Sequence record: MW812339.1
Length of the DNA: 64,000 bases
Direction: 5' to 3' (one strand)
A program made the position numbers and the translations under genes. Each line of letters opens with the position of its first letter. The stretch's first letter is position 1. This document shows, piece after piece, positions 1 through 7,414 of this stretch. The notes under the pieces are model-generated. The model had not been told where the DNA came from. It searched no databases and was given only the letters and a program-made list of their open reading frames with translations.

Positions 1-959
1 CGTACGTTCAGCTTAACCAGTGCACCGTCTTTTGCATCTTCGGTCGGTTTACGAACGGAGAGCAGCAGGCTGCCCAGAGCAGCACCTGGTGCGATTTCGT
101 CGGTTTCGTCGTAACCTTCCTGCACGATGCCCGGATGAGCAGACAGCTGGAACAGGTTCAGACGCTCTTCGGCGAAGGTCAGGTAGTTGGTTGGGTACGC
201 AGGAACGCGGCCCAGCTGAACAGTTTCGTTCTCGATGATATCTTCACCGATGAAGTATTTGCTGTTCTCGCCAGTTTCCATGACGTAAGGAACGATACGG
301 ATCGCATCATCCTGCAGCACTTTGTGGTTAGACAGAGCGTTGTGTAGCGGCTGACGGTTGTCAGTCACGACGTCTTTGGTCAGCAGCGCGTTCAGAATAC
401 CACGAGTTACAGTAGTAACTTTGGTACGAACGGTAATACCAACATCGTTGGTGTCAACGGTGATGGTTGGGAACAGGGTTTCGGCGAACTTGGACTGAGT
501 TTCCAGCGCGCGTACGTTCAGAGTCCAGGTCAGACCCAGGTTTTTGTCCAGGTCTTTGTTGGTGTAGTATTCGGTTGCAACCAGCGGAGTTTTACCGTAG
601 TCAGCAGCCAGAGTAGCAGCACCAGAGATAGCGATCGGCATGAAGCTGTCGTATTTCGGGTTGTTGCTCTCAGTAGCTACACGGGACATGAACTCTTCTT
701 CATGACCAGCAGCGCCGAGGATCATCGCCGAAGCAACCTGAGCTGCACGGCTCATGGTTTTGCCAGGGAATGCAGCTTCGTAGTGCTGCTGTGCAGCATC
801 TTTCAGGTTAGAGAAAGCTGTGCCGTTTTTACGAACAGACTCGCCGGCAACCACGGTTTGCCATACGTCGTTTGCGTGAGTACCAGCCTTGGTGGCGGCA
901 ACCAGCGCATTGCCCTGCTGGACAAGAGTCTCCAGGTTAGCGATTCGGGTATCTTTCAT
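1..959 (-). CDS. Major capsid protein, 5' part; runs off the window edge (phiKZ gp120 / SPN3US gp75-like)
   Basis: Not in the ORF track. Read by hand from ATG 959: MKDTRIANLETLVQQGNALVAATK..., open to position 1. Strongly biased codons, A-T-E at residue 130 (prohead-protease-type site), and position next to the DnaB-like helicase as in phiKZ-like phages. Confidence 0.85.
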   Translation of the reverse strand, partial: MKDTRIANLETLVQQGNALVAATKAGTHANDVWQTVVAGESVRKNGTAFSNLKDAAQQHYEAAFPGKTMSRAAQVASAMILGAAGHEEEFMSRVATESNNPKYDSFMPIAISGAATLAADYGKTPLVATEYYTNKDLDKNLGLTWTLNVRALETQSKFAETLFPTITVDTNDVGITVRTKVTTVTRGILNALLTKDVVTDNRQPLHNALSNHKVLQDDAIRIVPYVMETGENSKYFIGEDIIENETVQLGRVPAYPTNYLTFAEERLNLFQLSAHPGIVQEGYDETDEIAPGAALGSLLLSVRKPTEDAKDGALVKLNV

Positions 960-1498
960 TTCAAGTTTACCTTATTAAGTAAATGACATGCGTATAACTG
1001 CGTCAGCACTTCATGGGCAGCAAACTGCGTAGACGTGCTGAACGAATCATCCACGACGCGAGTCTTGGTACGCATATATTTAAAAAGTTCTGCGCAGAAC
1101 ATCTTTTGTGCCGCGTGGTCCTCACTCAGAGTGAAACCCGGCTGTTCCGGTTTCGCTTCCGCAAATGATGCCACTGTGACATCGCCACGTTGTGAAAACA
1201 CCCAACGTAGACGACCGTCGAATGATTCCCCATATAAATCAGCGAGAGAATCCTTCGTACCACTTTCAACCAGGTTTAGCACCTGATCATAATATTTAGC
1301 TGGAAGCACTGGCGGTGCCATGAACGCTTTGTAAATGGCCAGCGGGTTGTCTTCCGGCAGAATGATGGAACTGAATCCTGGTGAGCAGTCATATAACCAG
1401 TTGAAGAAGCTTGCCTGGAGCGTTTCCAACTTTTTAACGCCAGCTGCTTTATCTATGTTAGATTGAACTTCCCACGGTGGACTAAAACGAATCTGCAT
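956..1498 (-). CDS. Conserved hypothetical, probably a virion protein, directly upstream of the capsid gene
   Basis: ORF track 956..1567. Likely start is ATG 1498 (MQIRFSPPWEV) with GGAG 10 nt upstream. Its stop overlaps the capsid ATG (ATGA). Confidence 0.65.
   Translation of the reverse strand: MQIRFSPPWEVQSNIDKAAGVKKLETLQASFFNWLYDCSPGFSSIILPEDNPLAIYKAFMAPPVLPAKYYDQVLNLVESGTKDSLADLYGESFDGRLRWVFSQRGDVTVASFAEAKPEQPGFTLSEDHAAQKMFCAELFKYMRTKTRVVDDSFSTSTQFAAHEVLTQLYACHLLNKVNLK
1431..1457 (+). promoter_or_regulatory. Putative middle promoter (TTTTTAAC-N15-TATG) for the helicase
   Basis: Same spacing as the motifs upstream of both DNA polymerase subunit genes. Resembles the phiKZ middle (AAanntTAC) plus TATG elements. 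Confidence 0.45.
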
Positions 1499-1512
1499 TT
1501 TAAGGATGCTCC

Positions 1513-3078
1513 ATGAATAGTAAAATGATGTTGATAACAGCCTTGGCCGCGCTCTACACAGAGTCACTGATGACCGACCCTGCGAAGGATCATGAAGTCA
1601 TAAGAAAAGTGCTGTTACAGATCAAGCTCCCTGAATACGCGGAAGACGGCGAAGAGCGCTTTGCGCTTATCGAGATCAAGGACATTATCTCATCTATCAT
1701 AGACGGCGGTATGGAGTACGACCACTTAAGCGTTATGAAACGTTTAAAGCTGGCAACCACTCAGGTACGTCCTCTATACGATACGATTGTCAAATTCCTT
1801 GAGGATGATGTCCCAGAAGAAGCGGACAAGCGTATCGAGCATTTCAACCGACAACTGTCCCAATACTATTTCCAGTTACGCCAATGTATTCAGAGCGTGG
1901 AACTGAAAACAAAGATGGGTCGTGCGTTCGGTGCGTTGAACGGAACAGAAACACGCATTGACTTGAACACCGCGATGTTCGAACTCAAAGATGCGCTGTC
2001 TACGTTCGGCGAACGCTCTCATAATAAGATTCCATCGCTGGTTGGCGAGTTGGTGACAGATAACAAAGCACCGTTCATTAAAGTCTTCGACTCGATTAAT
2101 AAGAAAGCTGCCGGTAATGGATTACAAACTGGCTGGAAAGCTATCAACCAAATGTTGGGCTGTAATAAGGGTATCACAGAAGAGCTGTGGTTGATGCCTG
2201 CGCTGCCATTTAACTGTAAGTCATTGTTCAGTCTGCTGCTTAGTCTGTCCATTCCTATCTTCAACACGCCTGAGAAAGTCATGGCGGATGTGAAGGGCAC
2301 ACTGCAACCGATTATCCTGGACTTGAGCTTAGAGAACGAACTCGATGTTAACCTGGCGTACGGTTACCAGGCTATCTACGGTCACTTCGAAGGACAGGTA
2401 CCAAACATGGTGCTGCCAGAGAACGCGACTGACGAAGATAAGATTCTTCACACAACCACCATGTCGGATTATCTCTGTGATAAGATTCGTGCGAATGGTT
2501 GGGAGTACATGTTCCAAAAGCACACCAACACCGATTTCAAAGTGCATTACATCAACGACCTGATCAACGACCTGCGAACGCGTGGTTATCATGTTGTTGG
2601 GATTCGTGCCGACTATTTAGGCACCATCAGCAAAGCAGGACACGGCAACGGGATTGCCGGGAGTGATATCAAAGAAATCTACCGTATCGCCCGTAACATC
2701 CAGGTGGTACGTAACCACGGCTTCCTCATCGCGCCACACCAGATTTCCCCGGAAGGGAAACGTCTGAAGGCGTTAGACCCTGCGAGCTTCTGTAAGAACT
2801 TGCCAGGTCGTGGTCTGTACGATAACTGTTCGAGCCTTGATAACGAGGCCGATGGTGAAATGTATTTCAACAAACGTGTGGTCAATGGCCATAGCTTCTT
2901 AGAAGTTCAGCGCGGTAAACACCGCACTATTATCGATACCAAAGAATCTCATCACTATACAGTGATACCTTTCCAGGATGTTGGCATCCTGCCTTGGGAT
3001 TGTGATAAAGAAGAAACCGTAACTGCGTCGTCTATCAACTTCTTCACCGGCGGAATGGGTGATGATTTGTTTGCGTAA
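1513..3078 (+). CDS. DnaB-like replicative helicase (phiKZ gp118-like)
   Basis: 521 aa. Contains LQTGWKAINQMLG before a divergent Walker A (ALPFNCKS), SLEN, the Walker B region ADYLG, HQIS, the DNEAD region and RGKHR. Confidence 0.85.
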   Translation: MNSKMMLITALAALYTESLMTDPAKDHEVIRKVLLQIKLPEYAEDGEERFALIEIKDIISSIIDGGMEYDHLSVMKRLKLATTQVRPLYDTIVKFLEDDVPEEADKRIEHFNRQLSQYYFQLRQCIQSVELKTKMGRAFGALNGTETRIDLNTAMFELKDALSTFGERSHNKIPSLVGELVTDNKAPFIKVFDSINKKAAGNGLQTGWKAINQMLGCNKGITEELWLMPALPFNCKSLFSLLLSLSIPIFNTPEKVMADVKGTLQPIILDLSLENELDVNLAYGYQAIYGHFEGQVPNMVLPENATDEDKILHTTTMSDYLCDKIRANGWEYMFQKHTNTDFKVHYINDLINDLRTRGYHVVGIRADYLGTISKAGHGNGIAGSDIKEIYRIARNIQVVRNHGFLIAPHQISPEGKRLKALDPASFCKNLPGRGLYDNCSSLDNEADGEMYFNKRVVNGHSFLEVQRGKHRTIIDTKESHHYTVIPFQDVGILPWDCDKEETVTASSINFFTGGMGDDLFA

Positions 3079-3087
3079 CAAACGCCT

Positions 3088-3105
3088 GGGGAGCTTCGGC
3101 TCCCC
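3088..3105. terminator. GC-rich UUCG hairpin after the helicase
   Basis: ggggagc-ttcg-gctcccc. No immediate U-tract on the + strand. Confidence 0.5.
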
Positions 3106-3212
3106 TACGGGGAGTTTATGCGTCCTGCCGAACAAAAAAAAAAATAAAGGACATTATTCTATGTAGGAAAGTACCCATGTGCTGTAACACATGGGTACGG
3201 AGTTACTCCCGA

Positions 3213-3359
3213 CTATCGCTTTTCGAAGATGATATCACCCCCTAGTCCTTTGACACGACGTTGGGGACGTTGTTGAGGAGCTGATACCTCTTTAACGCGT
3301 TGAAGATACTGGGCTTGTTTCAGTTGATGCTGAACAAGGTGATTGTATAAAGTGTTCAT
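3213..3359 (-). CDS. Small basic, Gln-rich protein (48 aa), missed by the ORF track
   Basis: MNTLYNHLVQHQLKQAQYLQRVKEVSAPQQRPQRRVKGLGGDIIFEKR, with AAGGA 6 nt upstream of the ATG. Confidence 0.55.
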   Translation of the reverse strand: MNTLYNHLVQHQLKQAQYLQRVKEVSAPQQRPQRRVKGLGGDIIFEKR

Positions 3360-3387
3360 GGGATTTCCTTTTGGGAATATGTGAACA

Positions 3388-3422
3388 GTCCTCTCCTTCG
3401 GGAGAGGACACCTTTTATTTTT
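3388..3422 (+). terminator. Rho-independent terminator (+)
   Basis: gtcctctcc-ttcg-ggagaggac followed by accttttattttt. Confidence 0.75.
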
Positions 3423-3429
3423 CTTTGCG

Positions 3430-3468
3430 AAAAATAATACTACTCCTCCTTACCCGAAGGTAAGGAGG
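3430..3468 (-). terminator. Rho-independent terminator (-)
   Basis: 10-bp stem cctccttacc/ggtaaggagg with a TTCG loop on the minus strand, just after the stop at 3475. Confidence 0.7.
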
Positions 3469-3474
3469 GTACAA

Positions 3475-4332
3475 CTAGCTTGTCATGATGTTGTTTGCAG
3501 TCTGACAAGCGCCACACTTGATGTTCATTGGACGAGATTGACCACGGTACATGCGCGGAATAATGGTACGGTGAGTTTTCCCGCAGGTTTCACATGTCCA
3601 TTCGACAGCAGGCTCCGGTTTGTTCTCCTTGGTGCGTGGCTGCTCTTTCAGAAGATCAACGATGGCAGTGAACTTACGCAGTTCTGCGTCCACCTTTTCT
3701 TTCCAGTCTTCGGTTAACCCCACAGATAACCAGCGTTGGACTTTCTGTCCGTGTCCGTCTGGAGTTTCATCTTCGTGGGACATGACGAATTTCAGCTCGT
3801 TCTTACCCCACAACACCGCATTCTCTACTTTAATCCCACCGACAACGCCGCTCAGTGGCGTATAGTGGAACGTTGGATAGGTGAGGTAGCACGCTTCGGC
3901 GGAGGCGAGGATGGTGTTGCCTTTGAACAGTTCCATGGCTTCGGGACCACGGGCATCATTCAATGCACGAGCTAAACGTTCGCACTTGTACTCCTCCATC
4001 TCTAAGACCTTATTGGTCATCGCCACGATACCTTGCAGGATAGCCAGGCGTTTTGTTGGGTCGAAGACGGTAGCCAGCACTTTGCAGGAAGCGCGTGCAA
4101 GAGAACTGTACAACGAGGTTAGACGGTCTTCTTTAAGGAAACGTTCTTGCTGCTCCATATCGTACACGGAGGTACCGTAGCTTTCGCCCTCAACCAAAAC
4201 AACGAACGCACGACGTTTGTCAATGTCGTGAATGATGACTTTGCTGTCGGTGAGTTCGTCGGAAACTAATACGGTACGGCCGGAAGGGGTTGGGTAGGGT
4301 ACGGAGTTGTGGTAGTCGGTGATACTGGTCAT
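3475..4332 (-). CDS. Hypothetical accessory protein with a C-terminal Zn ribbon
   Basis: ORF track 3475..4356. Likely start is ATG 4332 after AAGGA. C-terminal CETCGK...CGACQ. Confidence 0.7.
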   Translation of the reverse strand: MTSITDYHNSVPYPTPSGRTVLVSDELTDSKVIIHDIDKRRAFVVLVEGESYGTSVYDMEQQERFLKEDRLTSLYSSLARASCKVLATVFDPTKRLAILQGIVAMTNKVLEMEEYKCERLARALNDARGPEAMELFKGNTILASAEACYLTYPTFHYTPLSGVVGGIKVENAVLWGKNELKFVMSHEDETPDGHGQKVQRWLSVGLTEDWKEKVDAELRKFTAIVDLLKEQPRTKENKPEPAVEWTCETCGKTHRTIIPRMYRGQSRPMNIKCGACQTANNIMTS

Positions 4333-4336
4333 TTCA

Positions 4337-4765
4337 TTATCCTTGCGTGTTATCAATTAAGCCTTCAATGAACGTGTCGAGTGACATACTGCGGAATGGG
4401 AAATACACCCCTTCTAACGGAATCGTGCAGTGGGCGCTGATGGCAGTCTGCCATTCACGAATCCCCTCAGGGATATTCACGATGTTGAAGTGAGGATGAT
4501 CAATAGGCGGGATGGCATTGTAGACATACCCGAAAATTGTTTTGGACGGGAAGGCGGTGCGGAATTTAGGTTCGTTATAGAAGACCTCTTCCTTCGACTG
4601 CTGACCTGACCAGAAGGTGTAGCCTCCCTTCCCATCTGGAATGTATACGGCTTTGTCGCGGGGGACTGGAACGCCTGGTTGAAGTGGTACGAAGCGGGCA
4701 TACTGGTCGAGTACCATCCAGTCGCTATCGCTCTTCAGATACTTCTGGAGCTTCTCATTAATCAT
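4337..4765 (-). CDS. Hypothetical protein (142 aa)
   Basis: ORF with AAGGA RBS, coupled to the next gene. Confidence 0.7.
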   Translation of the reverse strand: MINEKLQKYLKSDSDWMVLDQYARFVPLQPGVPVPRDKAVYIPDGKGGYTFWSGQQSKEEVFYNEPKFRTAFPSKTIFGYVYNAIPPIDHPHFNIVNIPEGIREWQTAISAHCTIPLEGVYFPFRSMSLDTFIEGLIDNTQG

Positions 4766-4782
4766 TTTAATAATCCTTAGAC

Positions 4783-4808
4783 AAAAAATAAAGCCACCCG
4801 AAGGTGGC
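4783..4808 (-). terminator. Rho-independent terminator (-)
   Basis: gccacc-cgaa-ggtggc preceded on + by aaaaaataaa, which is a U-tract on minus. Confidence 0.7.
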
Positions 4809-4817
4809 GTTAGATTA

Positions 4818-5099
4818 TTACTTCACAGCACGGGCGATGAGGCCACGCATCACATTGCGATAACGTGCGACTGATTTGTCTGCTCGAGTTTCTTTCTTTA
4901 ACGGCCAGACGTTGCCATCGTAATCGGCATCCATCCCCTTGATAATCTTCACGGATGAACCATCTGCAAAGTCACCACCAAGCACCAACTTACGGGGGCA
5001 CAGTTCTTTCAAATCGCGTTTGTTACCCAGCGCGTCAATAAAGAACCCCGTCGTGCGCTCACCTTTATCTGGATTCGAAAAGTGAATATCGGTCTGCAT
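4818..5099 (-). CDS. Hypothetical protein (93 aa)
   Basis: ORF coupled to the upstream gene by a TAATG overlap. Confidence 0.65.
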   Translation of the reverse strand: MQTDIHFSNPDKGERTTGFFIDALGNKRDLKELCPRKLVLGGDFADGSSVKIIKGMDADYDGNVWPLKKETRADKSVARYRNVMRGLIARAVK

Positions 5100-5287
5100 T
5101 ATTTCTTCCTCAGCTCGCCACGGAATTTAGCCAGCTCTTCTTTCCAGTCAGGAACCGGAATAACTGACTTCGGACCAACGATAAGTGTCCGTGCCCCGGT
5201 TTGCTTATCCACCTCGAGAGACTCGTTGTCTTCGAGGACACGCAGTTCCACACCTTTACCACCGGTGTTGTTAACAATAACGCCCAT
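5099..5287 (-). CDS. Hypothetical protein (62 aa)
   Basis: ORF coupled at both ends by TAATG overlaps. Confidence 0.6.
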   Translation of the reverse strand: MGVIVNNTGGKGVELRVLEDNESLEVDKQTGARTLIVGPKSVIPVPDWKEELAKFRGELRKK

Positions 5288-5472
5288 TAAAAGCTCTCCT
5301 GGGTCAGAGGGAATACCGTGCCAGTCGGAGAGACTAGCATCACTTGTGCGTTGACGTGCACCACTTCGTCATCGTCTTGTCGATGACGGGTACCGTTAGT
5401 CAGATTGTCCCACTCGCGTTTAGTGCGAGGATTAGACAGGAATTCTGCGAACGCGGTATCTGAGAAATCCAT
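5287..5472 (-). CDS. Hypothetical protein (61 aa)
   Basis: ORF track 5287..5520. The true start is probably ATG 5472 (MDFSDTAF), overlapping the TAA of the 47-aa ORF. Confidence 0.55.
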   Translation of the reverse strand: MDFSDTAFAEFLSNPRTKREWDNLTNGTRHRQDDDEVVHVNAQVMLVSPTGTVFPLTQESF

Positions 5473-5615
5473 TAGCCGCGTCCGGTGCATTGTGCTGCAG
5501 AGTTGCCGTTGTCCAGACATTTGTTGTAGTCTTGGTTCAGGGTGATGGTCGCAACAGACAGAGCAACAATTGCGAAGATAGCCAGGATAGCGCGTTTGTG
5601 GTTACGAGTTAACAT
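5472..5615 (-). CDS. Small exported or membrane-anchored peptide (47 aa), missed by the ORF track
   Basis: MLTRNHKRAILAIFAIVALSVATITLNQDYNKCLDNGNSAAQCTGRG. AAGGA RBS; basic N-terminus, hydrophobic core and two Cys. Confidence 0.65.
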   Translation of the reverse strand: MLTRNHKRAILAIFAIVALSVATITLNQDYNKCLDNGNSAAQCTGRG

Positions 5616-5681
5616 GATAATGTTCCTTATGAAATAATGGTCGAATGGTATTAAAAAGGACGCCGTAGCGTCCTATTGATT

Positions 5682-5927
5682 TTACTTTTTGAACTTAGCT
5701 TTCAGGAAAGCAATCAGGCGTTTATCCCAGCCCATGAAGCAACCTACCAGTAAGGTGGCTGCCCAAGCACCGGCGGTTAAGCCTGATGCAATCACGCTAC
5801 CTGTAAGCCAGAAGATGATATCGTTCAATGCGAACGGTGATAAGAAGCCGATGATTGCGGAGGACAGAATCATTACAGCGATGCCGAAGCACTTGGTCAT
5901 GTCTTTTGCGAAAGCGATTTTGGTCAT
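5682..5927 (-). CDS. Small two-TM membrane protein (81 aa)
   Basis: Two hydrophobic segments and a basic C-tail. AAGGAG RBS; first gene after an early promoter. Confidence 0.7.
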   Translation of the reverse strand: MTKIAFAKDMTKCFGIAVMILSSAIIGFLSPFALNDIIFWLTGSVIASGLTAGAWAATLLVGCFMGWDKRLIAFLKAKFKK

Positions 5928-5984
5928 GATAAAACTCCTTCAGATTATAGTCGGTTAGAGAGTTTAATGATTAACTCTCACCTA

Positions 5985-6003
5985 GGTAATATATATCTGA
6001 AAT
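5985..6003 (-). promoter_or_regulatory. Early (virion RNAP) promoter containing TATATTAC
   Basis: Minus strand ATTTCAGATATATATTACC, identical to 15424..15442. TATATTAC is the phiKZ early consensus. Confidence 0.8.
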
Positions 6004-6012
6004 TGTTTTTAA

Positions 6013-6408
6013 TCAAATCAAAGCTTCATGACGTTTTGCAATGGCTATCAGGTGCTCTGCTTGTGAATAGTATTCGACCAAACACAGATGGTTGCCGGTG
6101 CTGCCATCCCAGTCTTCGAACAACTCATCATGGAACGCGATGCACGTTAGGGTCTTGTAATGTTTCTGCACCATTGCCAGTTGGTTAGCCCATAGTTGCC
6201 AGGTATGGTCGCTGATGAGGTTGTCGTCGAAGCGATAATAGATAACCGAATGAAGAATCATCTGTAAACGTCGGCGATGGATGAACTCGCGGATACGGTC
6301 TTTATCCAGACAGATACCCTGTACAATCGTTTCATCGATGTCTGGGTCTGCCACAAAATCAAAAGGTGGGAACTTGTGACGGTATTGTGGGGTTTCTTTC
6401 TTCTTCAT
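6013..6408 (-). CDS. Stand-alone protein resembling domain Ia of NAD+-dependent DNA ligase
   Basis: HSVIYYRFDDNLISD resembles the LigA Ia motif (HxxxYYxxDxPxIxD). No nucleotidyltransferase domain follows. Confidence 0.6.
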   Translation of the reverse strand: MKKKETPQYRHKFPPFDFVADPDIDETIVQGICLDKDRIREFIHRRRLQMILHSVIYYRFDDNLISDHTWQLWANQLAMVQKHYKTLTCIAFHDELFEDWDGSTGNHLCLVEYYSQAEHLIAIAKRHEALI

Positions 6409-6558
6409 GCGAATAGCCTCCAGACGCTCTCAATCGCGTTCTAAGCGCCTTTACTGGTTCTACTGTATCATTTATCGTTTATAGGGAATAAAAAGGCTGT
6501 GGATAGTCTAAAGCTTTAAATTAAAGGTACCTGGCCCCACATGGAGGCCAGGCGGGCA

Positions 6559-7362
6559 TTACATCAGATTCAAGCTTTCAGAAACCGCCACTTCGGCATC
6601 ACCGATACCGCTGGTGATAGACATCGTGAAACGACGATCGTTGATAACTTCAACAGCTTCGCTGGCACGCAGTGAATACTTGTCAGCGATAGGCAGGATA
6701 CTGTTGTCGTTCAGCGGCCCCAGAATCTGTGCTGGGAATGGCACGTACGAGTTAAAGGTAATGTACGGACCAACCTGCAACATTGGGAACACTTCGTTGA
6801 CGTTGTTTGACATGCCTTCATCAGAAGACTGAACAACGTAACGCAGACATGCGCGCATCGCAACAGTGTATTCCGGGTCACGGGATTCACCAATCATTGC
6901 AAAGCGGAAGGCATTAAACACATGGTCTTCGTTTTCGAAGTGTTCTGGCTGGAAGCGGGTAACGAATTCCGGATAAGTCGTGATATCACCCGGTACCACG
7001 TTCGCTGCAATTTTCTGTGCCAGGAAGTACGCATTCGCAAAGCCGTACTGCGCACCGATAGCACCTGAGATAGGAGCCGTGGTGATGCAGTGCAGGAACA
7101 GGAAGTAACCGAGGCCGCCTTTGTCTTCGATGGCAAAGTCTTTCTTAGCCTGGACACCGTCCTGAGTATAGATGACCGCCACTGTCTTATCCAGCGACGA
7201 AGCCATAACGAAGTCCAGGGACACATTACCCGTATGCGGGAGTGTCTTTACGATACGTTCAAACAGCTTCACCGGTTTGGAGAAATTCTGTTCTTCGTAA
7301 GCATCGATATCCAGGACAGTCTGGCCGGTCATGCGAAAGGTATGAATCGCTTTCATTTGCAA
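6559..7362 (-). CDS. Hypothetical protein (267 aa)
   Basis: Long ORF with biased codons and AAGGA RBS. Has its own promoter motif and a downstream hairpin. Confidence 0.75.
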   Translation of the reverse strand: MQMKAIHTFRMTGQTVLDIDAYEEQNFSKPVKLFERIVKTLPHTGNVSLDFVMASSLDKTVAVIYTQDGVQAKKDFAIEDKGGLGYFLFLHCITTAPISGAIGAQYGFANAYFLAQKIAANVVPGDITTYPEFVTRFQPEHFENEDHVFNAFRFAMIGESRDPEYTVAMRACLRYVVQSSDEGMSNNVNEVFPMLQVGPYITFNSYVPFPAQILGPLNDNSILPIADKYSLRASEAVEVINDRRFTMSITSGIGDAEVAVSESLNLM

Positions 7363-7386
7363 TAGTTCCTTAAGGTTTCTTCAGGT

Positions 7387-7414
7387 CATACTAGATGACT
7401 AAGCTGTAAATTTT
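7387..7414 (-). promoter_or_regulatory. Putative middle promoter AAAATTTAC-N15-TATG
   Basis: Same bipartite motif as at 14575, 29140 and 60760. Embedded in the 3' end of the upstream gene. Confidence 0.55.

Noticed and set aside
3133-3144. Long A-homopolymers here and at about 12136, 54593 and 60783 as phase-variation tracts
   Set aside because: All are intergenic and sit near hairpins, so they are more simply explained as terminator U-tracts for minus-strand transcripts.
3160-3420. Known structured ncRNA or tRNA in the helicase-downstream spacer
   Set aside because: No cloverleaf or recognisable family, and much of the stretch is explained by the 48-aa ORF and terminators. Kept only as an antisense hypothesis.
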